The notes beneath the pieces are model-generated. The model was not told the DNA's origin, searched no databases, and was given only the letters and a program-made list of their open reading frames with translations. The position numbers were made by a program, and so were the translations under genes. This document shows, piece by piece, positions 7,529 through 16,651 of a DNA stretch of 64,000 nt (position 1 is its first letter; the number at the start of each line of letters is the position of its first letter). The DNA comes from an uncultured Lachnospiraceae bacterium (GTDB taxonomy: Bacteria > Bacillota > Clostridia > Lachnospirales > Lachnospiraceae): NCBI GenBank assembly GCA_910588895.1, contig CAJUSS010000003.1:1050-65049 (forward strand), read 5' to 3'.

Positions 7529-9223
7529 CTACTCTCCCACTCCCTTTCGGGCGTACTTCCACACCCGGTTCACACCTACTGCCTGGAACACTGCCCCCTG
7601 CACATCTCGCTTTAATAACACCCGGACCGCCTTCTCACATACCGGGAATATCGCCGCCTGTTCCAATATGATCTCCTCTGCCTGATGGAGGATCTCCCAT
7701 CTGGCCCAAGGATCCGCGCACAGCGGCTCTGTCCCAGAAGCCTCGAGCATCTGATCGTAAGCTCCATCCGACCAGCTCCCATAGTTAAAGGGCGAGTCCG
7801 TGGTCCACATGCCAAGAAAAGCCACCGGATCGCTGTAATCCGCCCCCCACCGGGTAAGCCCCAGCTCATACTCGCCATGCTTCATCCGCTCCAGGCGCAT
7901 CTTTTTGGGGACAGGCTCTAAGTGGATGGTCACTCCCGGGAGCGCTGTCTGGATCTCCGCCTGCAAAAACTGTCCCAGATCCTGAGCCGCTGTGGTGTCC
8001 TCCGTCAGCAGGGTAAAGGTAAAGGCCTCCTGCCCCAGCTCCCTTTTCGCCTGGGCCAGATAGCGCCGGGCCGCCTCCTTGTCCTCTCCGGCCTGGCCGT
8101 CCATCTCTCCCCAAAGCTCCTTGCCGTCCGGCCCTTTCACGAAGTCGGACGGGACCGCGCCGTAAGCCGCCTTAGAGCCATCCCTCATCACCAGATCCAC
8201 CGCGGTCTCTTTATCATACGCCAGGGAAAGAGCCTTCCGCAGGCTCTCATTTTCCAATCCAGCCGCCTTTATGTTGGGCGAGATATACCAGAGAGAGCCC
8301 AGTGGGAGCACGGCGGCTTCCTCATAGTCCGCATATCGCTCCGCCTGCTCGCCTGAAAGGATCGCCATATCCAGCTCCCCGCTCTCATACGCCATCAGCG
8401 CCTGCTGCGGATCCTTGACCACCTGATAGGAGATCGCCTCCAGATGGACCTGCTCGGCCTGCCAGTAGGTCGGATCTTTCACCAAAACGATCTCCTGGCC
8501 GGAGGGCTGATAGCGCTCCAGGCAAAAAGGTCCATTGGTCAGGACTGTCTCCGGCGATGTGCCATAGGGCATTCCATACCGCTCCTCACAGCTCTCAAAA
8601 AATGCCTGATCCATGGGGTAAAATACCGGCATCGCCAACATCGATAAAAAGTAAGGGACGGACCTTTCCAGCTCCACCTCCAAGGTCCTTTCATCGACCG
8701 CACGGATCCCCAAAGCCTCCGGTCCCAGCTCCCCGGCCAGGATCTTTTCCGCGTTTAAGATCCCGGCCGCCTTGAACAGGAGCCCATTTTCATTCCCCTC
8801 CTTCGGATCGATCCCCCGCTGCCAGCCGTATACAAAGTCCTCCGCCGTCACCTGGCTCCCATCGGACCAGACCGCTTCCCGCAGGGTGAAGCGGTAGCCC
8901 CTGCCGTCCGGCGCGCTTTTTGTCTCCGCCGCCAGCGCAGGGCATATCTCTCCCTTTTCATCTACTCCGTAAAGCCCTTCCATCATGCAGGCGATCACCT
9001 CAAAGGAAGCGCTGTCCACTGCCGCCTGGGGGTCCAATGTAGAGACCTCTGCATCCAACGGCAGCTTCAGGATCTGGTCCTCGCTCACATCTCGTGCCTG
9101 TCCGCCTATATCCGTGCCGCTGCCCTCTCCTTTTTCTCCTCCACCGCAGCCGGTGATCCCCCATACTATAGATAATGCGAGCACCACGGCCCAAACGGCC
9201 GCTCTGCCAGATCTCCTCTCCAT
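7529..9223 (-). CDS. oppA: Peptide/metal ABC substrate-binding lipoprotein (SBP family 5), orphan
   Basis: Lipobox ITGC; TLDPQ, FTLREAVWSDG..VTAEDFVYGWQR, NGPF, WGADYSDP. Confidence 0.88.
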   Translation of the reverse strand: MERRSGRAAVWAVVLALSIVWGITGCGGGEKGEGSGTDIGGQARDVSEDQILKLPLDAEVSTLDPQAAVDSASFEVIACMMEGLYGVDEKGEICPALAAETKSAPDGRGYRFTLREAVWSDGSQVTAEDFVYGWQRGIDPKEGNENGLLFKAAGILNAEKILAGELGPEALGIRAVDERTLEVELERSVPYFLSMLAMPVFYPMDQAFFESCEERYGMPYGTSPETVLTNGPFCLERYQPSGQEIVLVKDPTYWQAEQVHLEAISYQVVKDPQQALMAYESGELDMAILSGEQAERYADYEEAAVLPLGSLWYISPNIKAAGLENESLRKALSLAYDKETAVDLVMRDGSKAAYGAVPSDFVKGPDGKELWGEMDGQAGEDKEAARRYLAQAKRELGQEAFTFTLLTEDTTAAQDLGQFLQAEIQTALPGVTIHLEPVPKKMRLERMKHGEYELGLTRWGADYSDPVAFLGMWTTDSPFNYGSWSDGAYDQMLEASGTEPLCADPWARWEILHQAEEIILEQAAIFPVCEKAVRVLLKRDVQGAVFQAVGVNRVWKYARKGVGE

Positions 9224-9288
9224 ATCGACTATCTCCCTTCTCGTCCAAGTTCTCCCTGCCCTCCCCGCAAAACAGCAAGACAACGCCA

Positions 9289-9333
9289 GATATGCCCATG
9301 GACGCCCGCACAAAAAGCGTCCATGGGCATATC
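9289..9333. other. Perfect 17-bp stem-loop between cadA and oppA, no U-tract
   Basis: GATATGCCCATGGACGC-N11-GCGTCCATGGGCATATC. Confidence 0.8.
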
Positions 9334-9383
9334 GATCCTGCCTCCTATCTTACCGCATATCCTTCCGATAGCCAAGTCTTTCC

Positions 9384-11261
9384 TCAGGCCGGCCGATCGA
9401 TCTTTAAAGCCCGCATAGCGTTCAAGATCGCGATCACCGAGACCCCAACATCTGCGAACACGGCTTCCCACATGTTCGCCACCCCAAACGCACCTAAGAG
9501 CAGCACCAATGCCTTGACCCCCAGGGCAAAGACGATGTTCTGCTTCACGATCAAAAGGGTCTTTCGGGCGATCTTGACCACCTGTGCGATCTTCTGCACA
9601 TCGTCGTCCATCAGAACCACATCCGCCGCCTCGATCGCCGCGTCGGATCCCATGCTCCCCATGGCGATCCCGATATCGGCTCTGGTCAGCACAGGGGCGT
9701 CATTGATCCCATCCCCCACAAAGGCCAGGCGTTCCCCGGGCGGCTGCTGTTTTAAGAGCGCTTCCACCTGGTCCACCTTATCCGCCGGAAGGAGCTCTGC
9801 GTGTACCGAATCCAGCCCCAGCTCCCTGGCGGTGGCCTGGGCCACCTCCTTCCGGTCGCCGGTCAGCATGACGCACTGCTTTACACCCACCCGCTTCATA
9901 TCCCGGATCGCGTCCTTCGCGCCGTCCTTGATCTTGTCGGAGATCACGATCGCGCCGGCAAAGGCTCCGTCATAGGCCACATACACCACCGTGCCCGTGC
10001 CGGCACAGGCTTCATAGGGGATCTTCATCTGTTCCATCAGCTTTCGGTTGCCCACAAGGACCGTCTTCCCTTCCAGCTTGGCCCGGATACCGTGGCCGAA
10101 GATCTCCTCCCCTTCCTCCACCAGCCCGATCTCCACCGGCTTTCCGTAAGCAGCTTTGATCGGCGCTGCGATCGGATGGTCGGAACAGCTCTCGCCATAA
10201 GCCGCCAGGCGCAGCACCCGCTCCTCATCCCCATCCGGGGCCACGATCTGGGTGACCTTGAACTCTCCCTTGGTCAATGTGCCGGTCTTATCAAATACGA
10301 TGGTGGTCATCTCCGCCACCGCCTCTAGAAAATTGCTCCCTTTTACCAGCACGCCGATCCGGGAAGCTGCCCCGATCCCGCCGAAAAATCCCAGCGGCAC
10401 CGAGATCACCAGCGCACAGGGACAGGAGATCACCAGAAAGATACAGGCTCTCTGGATCCACTCTCCCCATCCCCCTCCCAGGATCAGCGGAGGTGCCACA
10501 GCCAGGATGGCTGCCCCTATGGTGACCGCCGGAGTATAATAGCGGGCAAAATGCGTGATGAAGTTCTCCACCTTCGCCTTCTTGCTCCCCGCATCCTCCA
10601 CCAGCTCCAGGATCTTTGACACCGTGGAATCCTCAAATGCCTTTGTCACCTGCACCTTCAGCATCCCGCTGCCGTTGATGCAGCCGCTGACGACCTCATC
10701 GCCTGCCGAGGCCTTTCGCGGGACCGACTCGCCGGTCAGCGCCGCCGTATCGATCATGGATGTGCCCTCCACCACGATGCCGTCTAAAGGGATCCTCTCC
10801 CCTGCCCGGATCAGGATGACATCTCCCGGCTCCACATCATCCGGGTCCACCTGCACCAGCTGTCCGTCCTGTTCGATATTGGCAAATTCCGGGCAGATAT
10901 CCATCATATCCGCGATCGACTGGCGGGAGCGGCTCACCGCATGATCCTGGAACAGCTCTCCCACCTGATAAAAGAGCATGACCGCCAATGCCTCCAGATA
11001 CTCGCCCACGCCAAAGGCGCCAAAGGTGGCGATCATCATCAGGAAATTTTCATCGAAGATCTGGCCGTGGCGGATGTTTCTCGCCGCCTTCCAGATGATA
11101 TCATATCCGATCAGGAGATACGGCAATAGATAGGCGATAAAGCCTGCCGGGAACTGCCCTATCCAGGGAAACGCCCCGCTCTTATCTCCGATCAGCAGCC
11201 CGATGAACCATACAAACGTCACGATGATGCGAGCCAGCATCTTTTTTTGTTTTCCCGTCAT
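9384..11261 (-). CDS. cadA: Heavy-metal (Zn/Cd) P1B-type ATPase
   Basis: TGES, SCPC, DKTGTLT, HP, MLTGD, GDGINDAP, ADVG motifs. Confidence 0.95.
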   Translation of the reverse strand: MTGKQKKMLARIIVTFVWFIGLLIGDKSGAFPWIGQFPAGFIAYLLPYLLIGYDIIWKAARNIRHGQIFDENFLMMIATFGAFGVGEYLEALAVMLFYQVGELFQDHAVSRSRQSIADMMDICPEFANIEQDGQLVQVDPDDVEPGDVILIRAGERIPLDGIVVEGTSMIDTAALTGESVPRKASAGDEVVSGCINGSGMLKVQVTKAFEDSTVSKILELVEDAGSKKAKVENFITHFARYYTPAVTIGAAILAVAPPLILGGGWGEWIQRACIFLVISCPCALVISVPLGFFGGIGAASRIGVLVKGSNFLEAVAEMTTIVFDKTGTLTKGEFKVTQIVAPDGDEERVLRLAAYGESCSDHPIAAPIKAAYGKPVEIGLVEEGEEIFGHGIRAKLEGKTVLVGNRKLMEQMKIPYEACAGTGTVVYVAYDGAFAGAIVISDKIKDGAKDAIRDMKRVGVKQCVMLTGDRKEVAQATARELGLDSVHAELLPADKVDQVEALLKQQPPGERLAFVGDGINDAPVLTRADIGIAMGSMGSDAAIEAADVVLMDDDVQKIAQVVKIARKTLLIVKQNIVFALGVKALVLLLGAFGVANMWEAVFADVGVSVIAILNAMRALKIDRPA

Positions 11262-11279
11262 GACTCCAAGGCCTCCTCA

Positions 11280-11498
11280 TTACATCAAGATCTTGCAATC
11301 CGGCTCCACCTTTGCGCAGCAAGCCTTCACCTGCTCCATGATCGCATCGAAGCGGTCGTCCTCTGCATCGATGGTCATCTTCTGCATCATAAAACTGACG
11401 CTGGCGTCATGGACGCCGGGGATCTTCTTGATCGCATCCTCCATCTTGGCCGCACAATTGGCGCAATCTAAGTCCTGTAATCTAAATTTTTTCTTCAT
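11280..11498 (-). CDS. Stand-alone HMA metal-binding domain protein
   Basis: LDCANCAAKME motif, 72 aa, RBS AAGGAGG. Confidence 0.92.
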   Translation of the reverse strand: MKKKFRLQDLDCANCAAKMEDAIKKIPGVHDASVSFMMQKMTIDAEDDRFDAIMEQVKACCAKVEPDCKILM

Positions 11499-11599
11499 CG
11501 TGTCATCCTCCTTGCTCTAGGCTCTTTCTCTGCTCTTTTTATATCCGCCCGATCTCCCGCAGCCTCCCTGCACCCGTTTCGATCGGCAGCCGCGGACCG

Positions 11600-11959
11600 T
11601 CACTCCTCCACATGCTCCCGTCCCTGGTCGATGATCGTCCGTACATGGTCGTCCGCCAGGGAATAAAAGACCTGCTTGCCTTCCCTGCGGTTCTTCACCA
11701 GCCTGGACTGCTTTAAGATCTTCAGCTGATGGGAGATCGCCGACTGGGTCATATTTAACGTCTGGGCGATATCGCAGACACACAGCTCCGCTTCAAACAG
11801 CACATATAAGATCCGGATCCTGGTCGAATCCCCGAAAACCTTAAAAAGCTCCGCCAGATCATACAGCTTATCTTCTTCCGGCATCTTCTCGTTCACGGCC
11901 TGCACCAGATCCTCATGGATCTGATAGATATCACAGCATTCCACATCATGGACCGCCAA
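11600..11959 (-). CDS. ArsR/SmtB-family metal-sensing repressor (CadC/ZiaR-like)
   Basis: TTG start after GGGAGG; N-terminal CC, ELCVCD, SAISHQL, alpha5 site DDH-x10-H-x2-E. Confidence 0.92.
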   Translation of the reverse strand: MAVHDVECCDIYQIHEDLVQAVNEKMPEEDKLYDLAELFKVFGDSTRIRILYVLFEAELCVCDIAQTLNMTQSAISHQLKILKQSRLVKNRREGKQVFYSLADDHVRTIIDQGREHVEE

Positions 11960-11998
11960 AGGCTCATCCTCCCTTCGCATTTTATTTGGACATATTTT

Positions 11999-12052
11999 CA
12001 TATGAATGAATGTTCATGTGTTTATATTATCACTCCTTAAAGATGGTGTCAA
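11999..12052 (-). promoter_or_regulatory. SmtB/CadC-type operator and promoter of the metal operon
   Basis: Imperfect palindrome CATATGAA-N6-TTCATGTG (11999-12020) downstream of TTGACA-N17-TAATAT (12052-12024). Confidence 0.8.
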
Positions 12053-12083
12053 GAGGGTACGGATGATCTGCTGAAGATTTTTC

Positions 12084-12112
12084 TTGACATGACCGCAGAT
12101 CCGCATTATACT
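12084..12112 (+). promoter_or_regulatory. Sigma-A promoter of the rib operon
   Basis: TTGACA-N17-TATACT directly before the riboswitch. Confidence 0.85.
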
Positions 12113-12126
12113 ATCCTCAACAAAAC

Positions 12127-12240
12127 AAAGATCTTCAGGGCAGGGTGCGAGTCCCTACCGGTGGTATAGCCCACGAGCCGCAAGGCATGATCCGGTTTGA
12201 TCCCGGAGCCGACAGTACAGTCTGGATGAAAGAAGAGAAC
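12127..12240 (+). ncRNA. FMN riboswitch (RFN element)
   Basis: TCTTCAGGGCAGGGTG...CCCTACCGGTGGTA.AGCCCACGAGC...CCGG.GCCGACAGT.AGTCTGGATG.AAGAAGA consensus upstream of ribD. Confidence 0.97.
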
Positions 12241-12291
12241 AGCAGCAGAGAACAGGTCCTTTTTCCTGTTCCGGCACAAGCAAACGCCAAC

Positions 12292-12324
12292 GCTCTGAGA
12301 TGGTTTTCCATTTCAGAGCTTTTT
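12292..12324 (+). terminator. Riboswitch expression-platform terminator
   Basis: GCTCTGAGATGG-TTTT-CCATTTCAGAGC followed by TTTTT. Confidence 0.8.
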
Positions 12325-12482
12325 GTTTGGCGGATCCTTGTCCGGATGGACCGGTCCTTATCGGACCTTTTCAGCAGCACTAAGCCTTGAACCCATTTGT
12401 TTAAGGCTTTTTCTTTTTGTTTAAAGAACTCGTATAGAAGCCGGATGATCCATCTTAAACCAGAAAAAGGAGGACCTCTGCG

Positions 12483-13727
12483 ATGGACGATCAAAAATAC
12501 ATGAAGCTCGCCTTAGAGCTTGCCAAAAAAGGCCTGGGATGGACGGCGCCTAATCCTATGGTCGGCGCACTGCTGGTAAAGGATGGCCGGATCATCGGCC
12601 AGGGTTACCATGCAAGGTATGGGGAGCTCCACGCCGAGCGAAACGCCCTGGCCGCCTGCACAGAAGATCCAAAGGGGAGCACGCTCTACGTTACCTTAGA
12701 ACCCTGCTGCCACCAGGGCAAGCAGCCCCCCTGTACCGACGCGATCCTGGCCGCGAAGATCGCCCGGGTGGTGGTGGGCTCCGGCGACCCCAATCCTCTG
12801 GTAGCCAAAAAAGGGATCCAGATCCTGCGCGATCACGGCATATCCGTCACCGAACATGTCCTGGAAAAGGACTGTGAGGCTTTAAATGAAGTGTTCTTCC
12901 ACTACATCCGCACAAAGCGCCCTTATGTGGTCATGAAATACGCTATGACCATGGACGGGAAGATCGCCGCCTACACCGGCGCTTCCAAATGGATCACCGG
13001 GGAGGCAGCCCGGGCCCATGTGCAGACCCTTCGCCATCGTTATCGAGGGATCTTAGTAGGGATCGGGACCGTGCTGGCAGACGACCCTCTGCTCACCTGC
13101 CGTATGGAGGGCGGCCGTGATCCCATCCGGATCATCTGTGACACCCACCTGCAGATCCCCCTCTCCTCCCAGATCGTCCAGACAGCCGGGACCGTTCCCA
13201 CGATCATCGCCACCTGCTGTGCAAAAGAGGCTCTCCCGGCCGGGGCAGACAGCCAAAAGACTCTGGCCGGGACCGGACCGGAAAAAGCCGGTCCTTCAAA
13301 ACCCGGAGCAGACGATCTAGCTCAGGACATCCGGGAAAAAATCGAAGCCTGCCGCAGAGCTGGCTGCCAGGTCCTCTGCCTCCCAAAACAGAACGGACAC
13401 CTGGATCTGGCGGTACTGATGGACCGGCTCGGCGCCATGGGGATCGACAGCATCCTTTTAGAAGGGGGCATGACCTTAAACTGGTCCGCTCTGGAAAGCC
13501 AGATCGTAGACAAAGTGCTGGCCTATATCGCGCCCAAGCTATTGGGCGGCCTTACAGCCAAGTCCCCTGTAGGCGGCTCCGGCTTTCCTCACCCGGATCT
13601 GGGGGTCTCTCTGCACATGAGCAAGATCTCCACATTAGGAGAAGATATCCTGATCGAAAGCACGGTGTGTAAAAATGCCTGCCAAAATGAAAGTGAGGTG
13701 CGTCCATATGTTTACCGGGATCATTGA
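12483..13727 (+). CDS. ribD: Riboflavin biosynthesis deaminase/reductase
   Basis: PNPMVGA, HAE, TLEPCCH..PPC, SKWITG, LLEGG. Confidence 0.96.
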   Translation: MDDQKYMKLALELAKKGLGWTAPNPMVGALLVKDGRIIGQGYHARYGELHAERNALAACTEDPKGSTLYVTLEPCCHQGKQPPCTDAILAAKIARVVVGSGDPNPLVAKKGIQILRDHGISVTEHVLEKDCEALNEVFFHYIRTKRPYVVMKYAMTMDGKIAAYTGASKWITGEAARAHVQTLRHRYRGILVGIGTVLADDPLLTCRMEGGRDPIRIICDTHLQIPLSSQIVQTAGTVPTIIATCCAKEALPAGADSQKTLAGTGPEKAGPSKPGADDLAQDIREKIEACRRAGCQVLCLPKQNGHLDLAVLMDRLGAMGIDSILLEGGMTLNWSALESQIVDKVLAYIAPKLLGGLTAKSPVGGSGFPHPDLGVSLHMSKISTLGEDILIESTVCKNACQNESEVRPYVYRDH

Positions 13728-14463
13728 AGAAGTGGGGACGATCCGGCAGATCCAAAGAAAACCAGCCTCTGCCATCCTCCACATCCAGGCCTCCCTCATC
13801 CCCAGTGATATAAAGATAGGCGACAGCATCGCCGTCAACGGCATCTGCCTGACTGTCACCTCCTTCCACCGCCAGGGCTTCACCGCCGACGTGATGCACG
13901 AGACCCTGGACCGCTCCTCTCTGGCCAGAGCCAGACCTGGGAGCCATGTGAACCTGGAGCGGGCCATGGCTGCGGGCAGCCGCTTCGGCGGACATATCGT
14001 CTCCGGTCATGTGGACGGCACCGGGACGATCCAAACGATCTGTCGGGATGACAATGCCATCTGGTACACGATCCGCACCAGCCCGTCCATCCTGCGCTAT
14101 GTGGTGGAAAAAGGATCCATCGCTATCGACGGGATCAGCCTGACCGTGGCTAAAGTGGACGCCCTCTCCTTCTCCATCTCCGCCATCCCCCACACGGTGG
14201 CCATGACCACCCTGCACCAGCGGCAGGCCGGAGACCTGGTGAACCTGGAGACGGACATCATCGGAAAATATGTGGAGCGTTTCGTCTGTCCCCGCTCCGG
14301 CCAAGCTGCTCTGCCGGGCGATCCGGCAAAGGATCTTGCGCCCAGTCCCCTGTATGGTGCCGCTGTGCGGGAAGACCAAAAAGCCGGCGGCCGGCACAAT
14401 GACGACAACCAAGAAGAACGCCAGGGCATCACCCTAAAGTTCCTCTCCCGGCATGGTTTTTAA
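13708..14463 (+). CDS. ribE: Riboflavin synthase (alpha chain)
   Basis: [10 protein letters not shown] start, [24 protein letters not shown]. Confidence 0.95.
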   Translation: MFTGIIEEVGTIRQIQRKPASAILHIQASLIPSDIKIGDSIAVNGICLTVTSFHRQGFTADVMHETLDRSSLARARPGSHVNLERAMAAGSRFGGHIVSGHVDGTGTIQTICRDDNAIWYTIRTSPSILRYVVEKGSIAIDGISLTVAKVDALSFSISAIPHTVAMTTLHQRQAGDLVNLETDIIGKYVERFVCPRSGQAALPGDPAKDLAPSPLYGAAVREDQKAGGRHNDDNQEERQGITLKFLSRHGF

Positions 14464-14486
14464 CAGACAAAAAGGAGGAGATATCT

Positions 14487-15689
14487 ATGTTTACATTCAG
14501 CACCATCGAGCAGGCACTGAACGACCTCCGGGATGGCAAGATCATCCTGGTGACCGACGACCCGGACCGTGAAAATGAAGGGGATCTGATCTGTGCCGCC
14601 CAACATGCCACCACAGAAAACGTCAATTTTATGGCCACCCACGGCAAAGGGCTGATCTGCATGCCCATGTCGGAAAGATATGTGAGCCGGCTGAAGATCC
14701 CCCAGATGGTGACCTGCAACACCGATAACCATGAGACCGCTTTTACCGTATCCATCGACCATGTGAGCACCACCACCGGGATCTCCGCGGCGGAACGGTC
14801 CGTCACCGCCTTAAAATGTGTGGAGGACGGGGCAAAGCCGGAGGATTTCCGCCGCCCCGGGCATATGTTCCCATTGCTGGCTAAGAAAAACGGCGTCCTG
14901 GAGCGGAACGGCCACACAGAGGCCACCGTGGACCTGATGCGGCTGGCCGGCTTAAAGGAATGCGGACTTTGCTGCGAAATCATGCGGGAGGACGGGACCA
15001 TGATGCGCACGCCGGAGCTGATCTTGATGGCAGAACGATGGGGCCTGACCTTCATCACCATCAAGGATCTGCAGACCTATCGGAAGCGCCACGAAAAACT
15101 GGTGGACCAGATCACCGCCACTAAGATGCCTACAAAATACGGCCAGTTCATGGCCTACGGCTATGTGGACCGTGTAAGCGGCGAGCACCATGTGGCTCTG
15201 GTAAAAGGCGATATCGGGGACGGAAAGCGGGTGCTCTGCCGGGTCCATTCCGAATGCCTGACCGGCGACACCTTCGGTTCCCTTCGCTGCGACTGCGGCC
15301 AGCAGTTCGCCGCCGCTATGACAAACATCGAAAAGGAGGGACGAGGCATCCTGCTCTACATGCGCCAGGAGGGACGGGGCATCGGTCTGATCAATAAGCT
15401 CCGCGCCTACGAGCTCCAGGAAAAGGGAATGGACACTCTGGAGGCCAACCTGGCCTTAGGCTTCGCCGGCGATCAGCGGGAATATCATATCGGCGCCCAG
15501 ATCCTGCGGGACTTAGGGGTCAAGACCCTGCGGCTCCTGACCAATAATCCGGACAAGATCTACCAGCTGGCCGATCTCGGCATGCAGATCGTGGAGCGGG
15601 TCCCTATCCAGATGGATGCCACTGCGGAGGACTTGTTCTATCTGAAGACCAAGCAGAAGAAGATGGGGCATATCCTCTATTATAACTAG
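14487..15689 (+). CDS. ribBA: DHBP synthase / GTP cyclohydrolase II
   Basis: [40 protein letters not shown]. Confidence 0.97.
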   Translation: MFTFSTIEQALNDLRDGKIILVTDDPDRENEGDLICAAQHATTENVNFMATHGKGLICMPMSERYVSRLKIPQMVTCNTDNHETAFTVSIDHVSTTTGISAAERSVTALKCVEDGAKPEDFRRPGHMFPLLAKKNGVLERNGHTEATVDLMRLAGLKECGLCCEIMREDGTMMRTPELILMAERWGLTFITIKDLQTYRKRHEKLVDQITATKMPTKYGQFMAYGYVDRVSGEHHVALVKGDIGDGKRVLCRVHSECLTGDTFGSLRCDCGQQFAAAMTNIEKEGRGILLYMRQEGRGIGLINKLRAYELQEKGMDTLEANLALGFAGDQREYHIGAQILRDLGVKTLRLLTNNPDKIYQLADLGMQIVERVPIQMDATAEDLFYLKTKQKKMGHILYYN

Positions 15690-15728
15690 TCAACATCGAT
15701 CCGTAAAATGAAAGGAGATCTTATCATC

Positions 15729-16196
15729 ATGAAAACCTTTGAAGGAAACCTGGTAGCAAAAGAGATCAAAATCGGCATCGTGGCCGCCCGTTTCAATGAA
15801 TTCATCACCTCTAAGCTGGTGAGCGGCGCGATCGACGGCCTTACCCGGCATGACGTGAAGGAGGAAGACATCCATGTGGCATGGGTCCCCGGCGCGTTTG
15901 AGATCCCGCTGATCGCCTCCAAGATGGCAAAGAGCGGCAAGTACGATGCCGTGATCTGCTTAGGCGCTGTGATCAGGGGCAGCACCAGCCACTATGACTA
16001 CGTCTGCAGCGAGGTCTCCAAGGGGATCGCCTCCATTTCCTTATCCAGCGATATCCCTGTGATGTTCGGCGTCCTTACCACGGAGAACATCGAGCAGGCC
16101 ATCGAACGCGCAGGCACAAAAGCCGGCAATAAAGGCTATGACTGCGCCTTAGGCGCGATCGAGATGGTCGATCTGATCCGAAAGATCGAGGCTTGA
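15729..16196 (+). CDS. ribH: 6,7-dimethyl-8-ribityllumazine synthase
   Basis: [27 protein letters not shown]. Confidence 0.97.
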   Translation: MKTFEGNLVAKEIKIGIVAARFNEFITSKLVSGAIDGLTRHDVKEEDIHVAWVPGAFEIPLIASKMAKSGKYDAVICLGAVIRGSTSHYDYVCSEVSKGIASISLSSDIPVMFGVLTTENIEQAIERAGTKAGNKGYDCALGAIEMVDLIRKIEA

Positions 16197-16284
16197 GCAG
16201 ACGCTTTCGCATCGCCGACCTGCATGTCCTGCCAGAGCATGGTCCTTACGCTTTACGGCTGCAAAGCTCCCTTTGCTCCGTCTC

Positions 16285-16350
16285 AAAAAGCATCATCCCG
16301 TCCTAACCGTATCCTGTCTAACGATACATAGGATGGGATGATGCTTTTTT
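16285..16350. terminator. Bidirectional terminator between the rib and VTC operons
   Basis: AAAAGCATCATCCCGTCCTA...TAGGATGGGATGATGCTTTTTT. Confidence 0.8.
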
Positions 16351-16435
16351 CGCTTGCTGAACGTCTTTATGTCTGGGAGCGGTCTGGATCTTTTGCTTTG
16401 TCACCTCCTCTTGATCCCCTCGATCCTCCTGCCCC

Positions 16436-16651
16436 GCCTCTATCTTCCGGCGGTTCTGGCTTTTTCTCCCCAGCCTCTCACTCCGGCCGTTTTAGCCTTT
16501 CTTACCCCGCCTCTCCTTCCGGCAGCCTGGGCCTTTCTTCTCCCGCCTCTCCTTCCGGCAGCCCGGGCCTTTCTTCTCCCACCTCTCCTTCCGGCAGCTT
16601 TGGCCTTTCTTCTCCCGTCTCTCCTTCCGGCAGCCTGGGCCTTTCTTCTCC
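16436..16651 (-). repeat. 36-bp (12-aa GEERPxLPEGEx) tandem repeat, 4 intact plus 2 degenerate units
   Basis: Units at 16616-16651, 16580-16615, 16544-16579, 16508-16543; unit 5 carries TAA and TGA. Confidence 0.9.

Noticed and set aside
2901..16504. Stop-codon reassignment or programmed read-through explaining the in-frame stops
   Set aside because: All three stop types occur and all are used as normal terminators by conserved genes here; simple nonsense mutation suffices.
16436..16651. 36-bp repeats as a CRISPR array
   Set aside because: Repeats are contiguous with no spacers, keep a protein frame, and no cas genes are present.
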